From assembly GCA_963792755.1 (NCBI GenBank), contig CAWBXQ010000009.1, positions 487,241-551,240 on the forward strand: a stretch of 64,000 nucleotides of DNA. The letters are read 5' to 3'. The stretch is from an uncultured Ignavibacteria bacterium. GTDB taxonomy: Bacteria > Bacteroidota > Ignavibacteria > Ignavibacteriales > Ignavibacteriaceae. The notes beneath the pieces are model-generated. The model ran no database searches and was not told the origin of the DNA. It saw only the letters and a list, made by a program, of their open reading frames with translations. A program made the position numbers and the translations under genes. The first letter of the stretch is position 1, and every line of letters starts with the position of its first letter. Shown here in pieces: positions 41,021 to 50,337 of this stretch.

Positions 41021-42274
41021 ATGGAAAGGATAGCAAAAGAAGAAGTTCCCTCCAAAATACTTCAGGCACTTTTAAATACTGATTCAGACATTTCCGTTGA
41101 TGGTGCTCTTGAGAATGAAATGATTTTGAACATGGGTCCACAGCATCCTGCAACTCATGGTGTTTTGAGATTACTTTTAAGATTGGATGGTGAAACAGTT
41201 ATAGCTTGTGTTCCTGAACTTGGTTATTTGCATCGCGGTTACGAAAAGATGGCTGAAAACATGAGCTATTATGAATTTATTCCTCACACTGACCGGCTTG
41301 ATTATCTTTCTCCAATGGCTAATAATGTTGCCTGGGTTTTAGCCGTTGAAAAGCTTGCAGGAATTGAAGCGCCGCCACGTGCTCAATATATTAGAATGAT
41401 GATTTCTGAATTAGCAAGAATTGCTTCTCATCTTGTTGCTATCGGTGCACTTGCAATGGACGTTGGAGCTTTAACTGTTTTTCTCTGGACATTAAGAGAA
41501 AGAGAAAAAATTCTCGATATATGGGATATTCTTTGTGGTGCAAGATTTACAAACAGCTATACTCGAATTGGCGGAGTTGCAAATGATGCTCAGCCGGAAG
41601 CTTTGGCAAAAGTTAAATGGTTTATTGATCAGTATGAACCTAATCTTGATGAGTGTGAAAGACTTCTTAATACAAATCGTATTTTTGTCGAACGTCTTGA
41701 TGGTGTTGGCGTTATTTCAGGAGAAGATGCTATTCAAATCGGATTTACTGGACCGAATTTAAGGGGAAGCGGTGTTGAACTTGATCTTCGTAGAGCTACA
41801 CCTTATCTATTCTATAATGAAATGGATTTTAATGTTCCGGTTTATAAAGAAGGGGATTGTTTAGCAAGGTATTTTGTAAGAGCAGATGAAACAAGAGAAA
41901 GTATAAAGATTATTCGACAGGTACTTGATAAAATGCCCCAGGGAGAAACGATGACAAATAGTCCTAAAAAAGTTCTTCCTAAAAAGACTGAAATTTATAG
42001 CAAGATGGAAGAACTCATTCACGATTTTATGATTGTTAATTTTGGTATCAATCCTCCTGTTGGAGAAATTTACAGTGCTGTAGAAAATCCTAAAGGGGAG
42101 CTTGGTTTTTACATGGTCAGCAATGGTGAAGGTCATCCCTGGAAATGTAAAATTCGTTCTCCCTCGATGGTAAATCTTCAGGCGTTGCCAATGCTTGTAA
42201 AAGGGCAGATGGTATCTGATATTGTTGCAATAATAGGAAGTATAGATCCTGTTATGGGTGAGGCGGATAAGTAG
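41021..42274 (+). CDS. nuoD: NADH-quinone oxidoreductase subunit D
   Basis: NMGPQHPATHGVLRL and LHRGYEKM motifs, 417 aa. Confidence 0.9.
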   Translation: MERIAKEEVPSKILQALLNTDSDISVDGALENEMILNMGPQHPATHGVLRLLLRLDGETVIACVPELGYLHRGYEKMAENMSYYEFIPHTDRLDYLSPMANNVAWVLAVEKLAGIEAPPRAQYIRMMISELARIASHLVAIGALAMDVGALTVFLWTLREREKILDIWDILCGARFTNSYTRIGGVANDAQPEALAKVKWFIDQYEPNLDECERLLNTNRIFVERLDGVGVISGEDAIQIGFTGPNLRGSGVELDLRRATPYLFYNEMDFNVPVYKEGDCLARYFVRADETRESIKIIRQVLDKMPQGETMTNSPKKVLPKKTEIYSKMEELIHDFMIVNFGINPPVGEIYSAVENPKGELGFYMVSNGEGHPWKCKIRSPSMVNLQALPMLVKGQMVSDIVAIIGSIDPVMGEADK

Positions 42275-42364
42275 GATGCATGAATGGATGAATGCATGTA
42301 AAATCATGCATACATGCAAAAATGCATTCATGCTTTAAAATAATTAATAACAATTATTAAGAAG

Positions 42365-42847
42365 ATGGAATTTAAATTTTCAAAAGAGAATTTAGAGAGA
42401 ATAGAAAACGAGATAAAGAAATATCCTGTTAAGCGTCCGGCAGTTATGGCTGCATTATGGATTGCACAGGAACAGAATGGCTGGATATCCGGAGAAGTAA
42501 TTAAAGAAGTTGCATCCATTCTTGAAATGACATCCGAAGATGTTCTGGGCATCGTTTCTTTTTATACAATGTATCACCAGGAACCGGTGGGGAAATATCA
42601 TATACAGGTTTGCACAAACGTTTCCTGTATGCTTAAAGGTGGTTATGATATTTTCGATCAGGTAAAACAAAAATTAAATATTAATAATTTGCAGGTAACT
42701 GAAGACAGCATATTTTCTCTTGAAGAAGTCGAGTGTATGGGCTCCTGTGGAACGGCACCGATGATTGCAGTGAATGAAGATTACTATGAAAATCTTGATA
42801 AGGAAAAAGTAGATCAGCTGTTGAATTCCCTTAAAGAAAAAAATTAA
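42365..42847 (+). CDS. nuoE: NADH-quinone oxidoreductase subunit E
   Basis: 2Fe-2S thioredoxin-like pattern (CTNVSCMLKG ... ECMGSCGTAPM). Confidence 0.85.
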   Translation: MEFKFSKENLERIENEIKKYPVKRPAVMAALWIAQEQNGWISGEVIKEVASILEMTSEDVLGIVSFYTMYHQEPVGKYHIQVCTNVSCMLKGGYDIFDQVKQKLNINNLQVTEDSIFSLEEVECMGSCGTAPMIAVNEDYYENLDKEKVDQLLNSLKEKN

Positions 42848-44171
42848 ATGGAAAAGATTGTACTCCCCGATATAAAAGACTTTCATAAAATTGATGTGTA
42901 TATAGCTAACGGTGGTTATTCCGCTGCAAAAAAAGCTTTCGGTCAATCTCCTGATGATATTATTGATCAGGTTAAAAAATCAGGATTGCGTGGCAGGGGA
43001 GGAGCGGCTTTCTCAGCAGGATTAAAATGGAGTTTCATGCCTAAGACTTCAGCTAAACCCAAATATCTTTGCATAAACGGCGATGAGAGTGAACCGGGTT
43101 CATTTAAAGACAGGCAGATTTTTGAATTTAATCCTCATCAACTAATTGAAGGAATTTTAATTGCTGCTTATGCAATCGGTGCAAAATCTGCTTATATCTA
43201 TATTCGTGGAGAATATCATAAATGGATAAAACTTTTTAGTAAAGCTTTGGAAGACGCTTACTCACAGGGATACGTTGGCGAAAAGATGAAGCAGAAATTC
43301 GGTGCAGATTTTTATTGCGATATTTATGTTCATAAAGGTGCAGGAGCTTACATTTGTGGTGAGGAATCTGCATTGATGAATTCACTTGAAGGGAAGAGAG
43401 GTTATCCAAGAGTAAAACCGCCTTTCCCGGCACAGAATGGTTTGTGGGGATGTCCAACTACGATAAATAATATTGAAACACTTGCAAATGTTCCCCCGAT
43501 TATTAAATAAGGGATGGCAATGGTTTTCTGCAATTGGTGAACCTAAACATCCGGGAACTTTACTTTATGGATTAAGCGGTCATATAAATAAACCCGGAAT
43601 CTATGAATTGCCGAGCGGTACTTTGTTGACAGATCTTATATATAAATATGGCGGCGGTGTACCGGGAGATAAAAAAGTTTTATGTGTAATTCCCGGTGGC
43701 TCTTCTATGCCTCCAATAAGAGGTGACCAGATTGAAGGCGTTAAAATGGATGCGGAATCATTAAAGACAGTCGGTTCTGCAATTGGTACTGCGGGAGTTA
43801 TGGTGATGGATGAAGATACTGATCTTGTAAAAGTTTTAGCGCGTATTGCTAAGTTTTATTACCATGAAAGCTGCGGACAATGTACCCCTTGCCGTGAAGG
43901 AACCGGATGGATGTTAAAAATTCTTAATAGAATTATTGCAGGGAATGGTTCAATCTCGGATATCGATTTACTTATATCCGTTGCCAATAATATCGAAGGA
44001 AATACAATTTGTGCCCTCGGCGAAGCAGCGGCGTGGCCGGTTAAATTTATGGTTACACGTTTCAGAGATTATTTTGAAAAGAGAGTTAGTAAAGAAGTTG
44101 TTTTGCCTGTTGCAAATAAAGTTCATTCAATGAGGGGAACCGCAATACCTTTAGCAGATGTAAAAAATTAG
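42848..44171 (+). pseudogene. nuoF: NADH-quinone oxidoreductase subunit F, frameshift at about 43505-43507 (extra A)
   Basis: ORF 42848..43510 ([17 protein letters not shown] site) continues as ...[15 protein letters not shown] in ORF 43473..44171 (CGQCTPCREG 4Fe-4S motif). Confidence 0.85.
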
Positions 44172-44185
44172 AAAGCTTTGAACAT

Positions 44186-44214
44186 GTGCCCGTCACCTCT
44201 AAGGTGACGGGCAC
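44186..44214. terminator. bidirectional terminator hairpin between nuoF and the ferritin gene
   Basis: GTGCCCGTCACC / GGTGACGGGCAC 12-bp perfect stem with a 5-nt loop. Confidence 0.6.
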
Positions 44215-44229
44215 TTAATCACCTAAAAA

Positions 44230-44727
44230 CTAGGATGCCGAAGCTCTCATTCCCAATTCTTTATCAAGCATAAGTAAACCATTCTTATTATCACCAATCA
44301 GTTTCATTCTGTCTAATAATTTTGATGCAGTTGATTCTTCTTCGACCTGTTCGCTAATAAACCATTGCATAAAATTATTTGTAGCATAATCTTTTTCAGC
44401 AAGAGAAAGTTCTACTATACCGTTGATCGATTTAGAAACAGCAACTTCCTGGTTATATGTTTCTTTAAAAACTTCAATCGGGCTTTTCCACCCTGCTTTT
44501 GGCGGATCTACTTTTAGAAGTGTAACTTTTCCGCCCCTGTCATTTACGTAATCCAGGATTTTCATTGCATGTCCGTATTCTTCCTGCGATTGCAGTCTGT
44601 ACCAATGTGCAAACCCATCCAGACTTGCTGATGTAAAATGTGTCGACATAGCCAGATAAGCATAAGAAGAATATAGTTCTTCATTGATCTGTTTATTAAG
44701 TGCTTTTAAAATTTTTTCCTTAATCAT
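44230..44727 (-). CDS. ftnA: ferritin (non-heme, bacterial Ftn-type)
   Basis: Di-iron ligand pattern (NEELYSSYAYLAMS ... QEEYGHA ... EQVEEE). Confidence 0.85.
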   Translation of the reverse strand: MIKEKILKALNKQINEELYSSYAYLAMSTHFTSASLDGFAHWYRLQSQEEYGHAMKILDYVNDRGGKVTLLKVDPPKAGWKSPIEVFKETYNQEVAVSKSINGIVELSLAEKDYATNNFMQWFISEQVEEESTASKLLDRMKLIGDNKNGLLMLDKELGMRASAS

Positions 44728-44835
44728 AGTATTTCCTATATTTTTTGTTGATTGATGCCTGAATCTCTCCTGTTAATCTAAGAAAATGAAATTATCCCAT
44801 CAACACCCCGATGAAAATTATACTGAAATCTAGAA

Positions 44836-45435
44836 ACACACATTATTAACACCGCAATTTATTGCGGTGACTTAAAATAACTTATAATTTATTTAACTGT
44901 TTTAACAGTTTATAAAACGTGAAACGGGGATTGATATTTTTTGTTTTGCTGCTTTCCACACAGTTAAAACTATGTATTAATAAAAAACAAACATTATTAA
45001 CACCGCAATTTATTGCGGTGACTTAAAATAACTTATAATTTATTTAATTGTTTTAACAGTTTATAAAACGTGAAACAGGGATTGATATTCTTTGTTTTGC
45101 TGCTTTCCACACAATTAAAACTATGTATTAATAAAAAACACACATTATTAACACCGCAATTTATTGCGGTGACTTAAAATAACTTATAATTTATTTAACT
45201 GTTTTAACAGTTTATAAAACGTGAAACAGGGATTGATATTCTTTGTTTTGCTGCTTTCCACACAATTAAAACTATGTATTAATAAAAAACACACATTATT
45301 AACACCGCAATTTATTGCGGTGACTTAAAATAACTTATAATTTATTTAACTGTTTTAACAGTTTATAAAACGTGAAACAGGGATTGATATTCTTTGTTTT
45401 GCTGCTTTCCACACAATTAAAACTATGTATTATCC
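44836..45435 (+). repeat. tandem repeat array A: 151-bp unit, about 4 copies
   Basis: ACATTATTAAC recurs at about 44840, 44991, 45142 and 45293. Each unit holds TTAACACCGCAATTTATTGCGGTGAC and AACTGTTTTAACAGTT hairpins 49 nt apart, the same modules as the dispersed three-hairpin element. Confidence 0.9.
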
Positions 45436-45561
45436 TAAAAAGAATAAAACTTGTCCAGCGTCTTGTCCGCCGGAACTTCAGTGAAGGCGGAAATGAAATA
45501 AAGACGGGACTACTTAGTGACAACCTAATGACTTTTGAATGACAATCGAATGACTATTGAC

Positions 45562-45963
45562 CTACTTTGCCCAATTTTCGATTCTGATCCCCTTCACCCG
45601 CCTGAATTCATTTTCGTTATTTGTAACTAAAATTAAATTTCTGCCCACAGCTTGAGAAGCGATTAGTAAATCCATAGCACCGATCGGGATTCCTTTTGCT
45701 TCAAGGATTGCCCTGATTTTTCCATATACTTCAGCATCTTCGTCGGTATAATTGAGTATTAATAATGGCTGTAGAAATTGTTTAAGCGCTATTATATTTT
45801 CATCACGCCTGCTGCTTTTCTCGATTCCATATTTCAATTCCGCAACAGTAATGCTCGAAATTCCGATATCGCCCGGCTTAAATTCCAGGAACCGTTTTAT
45901 TACTTTCTCCGGTTTTCTTTTTATAATGTAGATGCAGGTATTGGTATCGAGTAAGTACTTCAT
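45562..45963 (-). CDS. vapC: PIN-domain toxin VapC
   Basis: 133 aa with the LLDTN start, conserved acidic residues, and a 4-nt overlap with the upstream antitoxin gene. Confidence 0.85.
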   Translation of the reverse strand: MKYLLDTNTCIYIIKRKPEKVIKRFLEFKPGDIGISSITVAELKYGIEKSSRRDENIIALKQFLQPLLILNYTDEDAEVYGKIRAILEAKGIPIGAMDLLIASQAVGRNLILVTNNENEFRRVKGIRIENWAK

Positions 45964-46199
45964 TCAAAAAGACTTTCCCGGTTTTCCAACTCAGGCTGCA
46001 TCCGTGCAGACATGAAATCATCTGAAAATTTATCTAAGCTGGAGATAAGAGAATCCCACTTATTTTTTTTGGGCAGCAGTACAATAGCATCTCCAACTTT
46101 GGTTATATATGCCTCTTTTCCCTTTAACCTGTAAGTTTTGGGAAGTCTTACAGCCTGACTCTTGCCATTCTGAAATATTTTTGCTGTGTCCATATTCAA
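45960..46199 (-). CDS. vapB: AbrB/MazE/SpoVT-type antitoxin VapB
   Basis: 79 aa with a swapped-hairpin motif (IFQNGKSQAVRLPK). Confidence 0.75.
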   Translation of the reverse strand: MNMDTAKIFQNGKSQAVRLPKTYRLKGKEAYITKVGDAIVLLPKKNKWDSLISSLDKFSDDFMSARMQPELENRESLFE

Positions 46200-46356
46200 T
46201 TTCCTAAAATATATACTTTAAATATATACTTTTAGGCTTCAAATTCATAGTTCAATTTTTGCTTTTGGAGAAGTTAACGGGGAACGAATGAGTTCTCGAA
46301 ATATGAGTTAACGGTTATTAAGTTACAATTGAATGACCAATGACTAAAATGCCCCT

Positions 46357-48010
46357 TTACAATCCATAGTACATCGAGAATGAAAACTCGTTCGTATCAT
46401 TATCTTCAAATAAACCTTCATCTATTTCGTTGGATACAGCATTGGACCTAAATCCAATTTCCAGATTTAACTCATGCATTAGTTCATATTTAATGTTCAA
46501 TCCAAAGTATTTATAGTAATTTTTTAGCCCGAATAAAAAAGGAGGCTGGGTATCGGCATATTGTCCGCTATAATCCGAACTGCCTTTGCGAATATATTCT
46601 CCCCATACGCTTGCCTGGAGACCTCTTATAATTCTGTATTGCAACTCTAAATATATTAGATCCGCATTATGCCCCATCCAGTGACCCATAACATAAGACG
46701 CATTTGTATATGTTTGAGCGGGTGTATGATGTCCATAAACATAGGGATATATTTTTGTGTACTCTAATGTTGTTGTTAAATTATTAATAGGAAGATCAGT
46801 CACCGATGCACCAAGAGTATACCCAAGTTGTACGCGGCTGTTCTTAAAAAGTACACTTGTATTATCAGGAATTACTGAACCTCCTATTCCCCGCAAAGTT
46901 AATTCGTCAATAAAAACTGTTCCATATAGATGTGTATTCTTTAAATGATCCTTTGAACTTACTGAGGCAAAGAACTGAGAATTAGCATCACCCGGTTTGT
47001 CGGCATGATCTCTTATATAATCATCGGCTAAAAAGTAAAACATTACGGGCATAAAATATATTAGTTCCAGTTTATCACTATATACTACAGATTCACCTAC
47101 TGAAATGTCTAAGCCTTTTAAAGGAGAAATTGTTAAAGCATGCCATGCAAAATACTTATTCCGAAAAACGTTTCTTTTATATTCAGCAACCTGGACTGAA
47201 TCAATAACGTTTGAAGAAAGCCAGGCATGGAAATAAATAAAGTTAATCCAGTCTGCAGGTTTTATTTGAAGAAGAATAAAAGGAAAGGAAGGAGCCTTAT
47301 TTGAAAGCACTATGTTGCCGCTCTTAGCATAACCATATTCCATAAATTCTTTCGCAACTACAAAATTTCCCCAATCCCAATCTATGGATACCGATTGATT
47401 TTACTTCACTGTAATCAAAACTATGTTTATTGATATTGGGTATTATGCCGGTGGTCGGAGTGAAATTTTTATATGGATCTGCTAAACTTCCTGATTCATT
47501 GTTATCCCTGAAGTCAAAACTGAAACCAATATTGGCAGGTAAATATCCATAAAGGTATAATCCATTCCATGAGTGCTTACGTGATTCATTATTCTGAAAA
47601 CCGGCTTCATAACCTAATATGGGACTAACATTCAGCTTAAGAATATCATTATCGTAGTGAAACAGGCGGAACCTTCCTGCATCATCCTTATTGAAAAAAC
47701 CCGAGCTTATTTTAATTGAATCTTTTACTTCATTCATATTATTTTCGAAAAGATAATCGCTTTCAAAAAAATCAAGTTCTTCTTTTTCAAGATTAGTGAG
47801 CATATTTATTTTAGCCTTAGCCTCGTTTAATTTTTCTGCAATATACTTCCTTGATAATGGTTTAAATAAATCGTCGTAATTAATAACTCCTTTCTGACTC
47901 AATCTGTCCAGAAAATTATAAACTTCGTTTTGTAAAGGGACATATGTAATTTGGGCGAAAGTTGTAGAAAATGAAAGAATAATGAGAAAAAAGATGTATG
48001 ATGGTTTCAT
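46357..48010 (-). pseudogene. Wzi-like capsule-assembly outer-membrane protein, frameshift near 47330-47400
   Basis: ORF 47324..48010 has a signal peptide and a VYNFLDRLSQKGVI helix region typical of the Wzi N-terminus. ORF 46357..47343 is a beta-barrel continuation ending in aromatic residues (SFSMYYGL). Confidence 0.55.
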
Positions 48011-48411
48011 GGGGTTGATGAGTTATTTGGTTAATGAGTTATTAGTGAAATGGCAAAAGTAAAACGGCATTCATTAGTCCTGGCTTCACCCAATAAATTG
48101 GGTTTCGCCGAGGTAAACATTGGGCATTAGTCATTTGTCATTGGACATTAGGTATTAGTCATTGACCGATTCTCAATCACTATTGATCAGTGACCGATGA
48201 CCACTGAATAGAAGGTGTATGATGGAAACTGGAAAAAGTAGAATTGTGGGAAAATAAGATTATGAGATAATGTGTGATGAATGTTTGAATGAATGGGATG
48301 ACAAATGCTTGTTCGCCGGAATTTTCAAATGAAGGCGGAACCATTGAATGACTTAATGACAGCTGGATGACTATTGACTACTTGATGACAGTTTGACGAA
48401 TGACAACTGAC

Positions 48412-48979
48412 CTAATCACCATTTGCAACTTCTTCCCATTCATCTTCTAAATTAAATGATTTAACATATTTATCTAATAAAATGAAATTTATTTTTTCCC
48501 CCGAGTTAATCAACATATTTTTTATGTCTGTTAAATGCTTTTGCGATTTGCCCTCTTTGTAAAATTCCAGTTTTTTTATTATTACATATTCTGGCGGGGC
48601 AATAAATAATTTCTTGCCGTAAAATTCAATTTCTTTTTTGTTGGTTAGTGCCCATTGTTGAAATGCATCTTTACCGGTCAAATAAATGTCGGCTTTGAAG
48701 CCTGTTTCGTGATGAATAATATTAAAATGACCCCTATTTGAACGCAATACTTCATTTTTTATTACTTCCAATGGGAGGACAGTAGAATTCATTCCTCTAG
48801 AAATGAATTCGAAATTTTAACGGCATCATATTCATTAAGAGATATTACAATATCTATATCGTGAGTTAAGTCGCGGTTCTCCATAAACAATAGAAGCTAC
48901 AGAACCGGTAATAAAATAGTCTAATTTTTTTTTCATCTAATTTGTCTGTGAAAATGGCAAACAGATTAAGATTTTGCAT
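48412..48979 (-). pseudogene. nucleotidyltransferase-fold protein (toxin-antitoxin-like), at least 3 frameshifts
   Basis: My own translation of the minus strand gives MQNLNLFAIFTDKLDEKKI..., then LDYFITGSVASIVYGEPR, then LTHDIDIVISLNEYDAV in shifted frames. It then joins ORF 48412..48792 (HFNIIHHETGFKADIYL...). Confidence 0.4.
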
Positions 48980-49142
48980 AAAGAAAAATCTCTTTTACTT
49001 TTTGAGCGACTTCCTTCTCATTTAACTCAGGATAGAATTTTCTTATAGCGAGAGCTTTTCAATTCACGTGCATTAAAATATAAAGCAAGTGCCATTGCAA
49101 TTTTTTCTCAGGTGATAATTTTTTTATTTCTTGATTTTGCAT
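48966..49142 (-). pseudogene. small partner protein of the nucleotidyltransferase (antitoxin-like), 2 frameshifts
   Basis: My own translation gives MQNQEIKKLSPEKK / IAMALALYFNARELK / RKFYPELNEKEVAQKVKEIFLYAKS in three frames. It overlaps the downstream gene start. Confidence 0.3.
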
Positions 49143-49521
49143 TTAATTCTCTGACATGTGAACATCAATTGTATTTCCATTAATTCTCAATTCATCTTTT
49201 TAGATATTAGGAATTAAGTTAATGAAAATATATTTCATAATCATTGCTCGATCACGGGGGAGGAGGAATTAGTCCCAACTTATAATTTAATCTTTTCTCC
49301 CTGTAAGCTTAACCGAAACTTTACTGAAAGTTTACCGGTTTTTAAGTTTACAGGACACTATTATTTGATAGTAGCAATAATTAACAATATACAGAAATAA
49401 TGATCTGAGCCTGATTTCCCTTAATTATTATCAAAACTATACTATAATATTTTATTTATTTAGGTTTTTTATTATAGTATATTTACTTAATAAGGTCACA
49501 ATAAATAAAACAGAGTCGTAA

Positions 49522-50022
49522 ATGAAAAAGCAGGAAGTAAAGGAGAAATTCCAGCAGCTAAGAGCTGAAGGAATATCATATGAGAAAATTTCAAAGATGA
49601 TAAAGGTATCAAAACCGGCATTAATTGAATGGGGCAAAGAGTTTAAGAAAGAGATCGAAAAATTAAAAGCAATCCGTTATGAGATAATACTTGAGAAGTA
49701 TAAAGTAACACGTGAAAACCGTATTGAAAGAATTGCAAGGGAGCTTGAAATTGCCTGGAAAAATTATGAGGCAATAGATTATAAAGACCTATCCAAAAGA
49801 GAAATCCTGATGATGATTATCAAGCTGGAAAAACGTCTAAGAGAAGAAACTGAACAAGTATTAAATCCAAAAACGCCTGAAGATGAAGACGGACCGGTAG
49901 AACAAAAAATCCATTATGTAAAAACAACTTTTTATAAGGATCCCCTAACAGAAGAATTAGTATATGAGATAGATCCGAAGAGCGAAAAGGAAATTGCTTT
50001 GCCTAAAGTGAACGGGAGGTGA
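49522..50022 (+). CDS. hypothetical protein with an N-terminal HTH-like segment
   Basis: Intact 166-aa ORF. EGISYEKISKMIKVSKPALIEWGKE resembles resolvase/terminase-type HTHs. The rest is charged and coiled. Confidence 0.4.
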   Translation: MKKQEVKEKFQQLRAEGISYEKISKMIKVSKPALIEWGKEFKKEIEKLKAIRYEIILEKYKVTRENRIERIARELEIAWKNYEAIDYKDLSKREILMMIIKLEKRLREETEQVLNPKTPEDEDGPVEQKIHYVKTTFYKDPLTEELVYEIDPKSEKEIALPKVNGR

Positions 50023-50024
50023 TT

Positions 50025-50131
50025 GGGTTATTGGTCATTGGTCATCAGTCATTAGTCATCGGTTATTGGTCATTAGTCATCGGTCATTGGTCATTATCAT
50101 CGGTCATTGGTTAAAGGTTTGGTCATCGGTT
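50025..50131. repeat. heptanucleotide tandem repeat (RGTCATY / TTGGTCA-type), about 14 units
   Basis: GGTTATT GGTCATT GGTCATC AGTCATT AGTCATC ... read directly from the sequence. Confidence 0.9.
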
Positions 50132-50337
50132 ACATCTCTCTGCTTAATCTAAGAAAATGAAATTATCCCATCAACATCTTTATGAAAATTGTGTAAGTTT
50201 TAGTAAGGGGAAAAATAAGGGAAATCAATGCGACACTACTTATAATCGCCAAGCCATTCTAAGTTAAAAATTTAATTTCTCTTTTATTTTTCAATAATCT
50301 TGATTCATCTTTCAAATTATATGAAGATTTTTTAAGT

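Noticed and set aside
44836-45435. Possible CRISPR array (regularly spaced palindromic repeats); the same question applies to 61590-62250
   Set aside because: The whole 151-bp and ~127-bp units repeat, with no unique spacers between conserved repeats. The periods are far longer than CRISPR repeat+spacer units. No cas genes are in the window.
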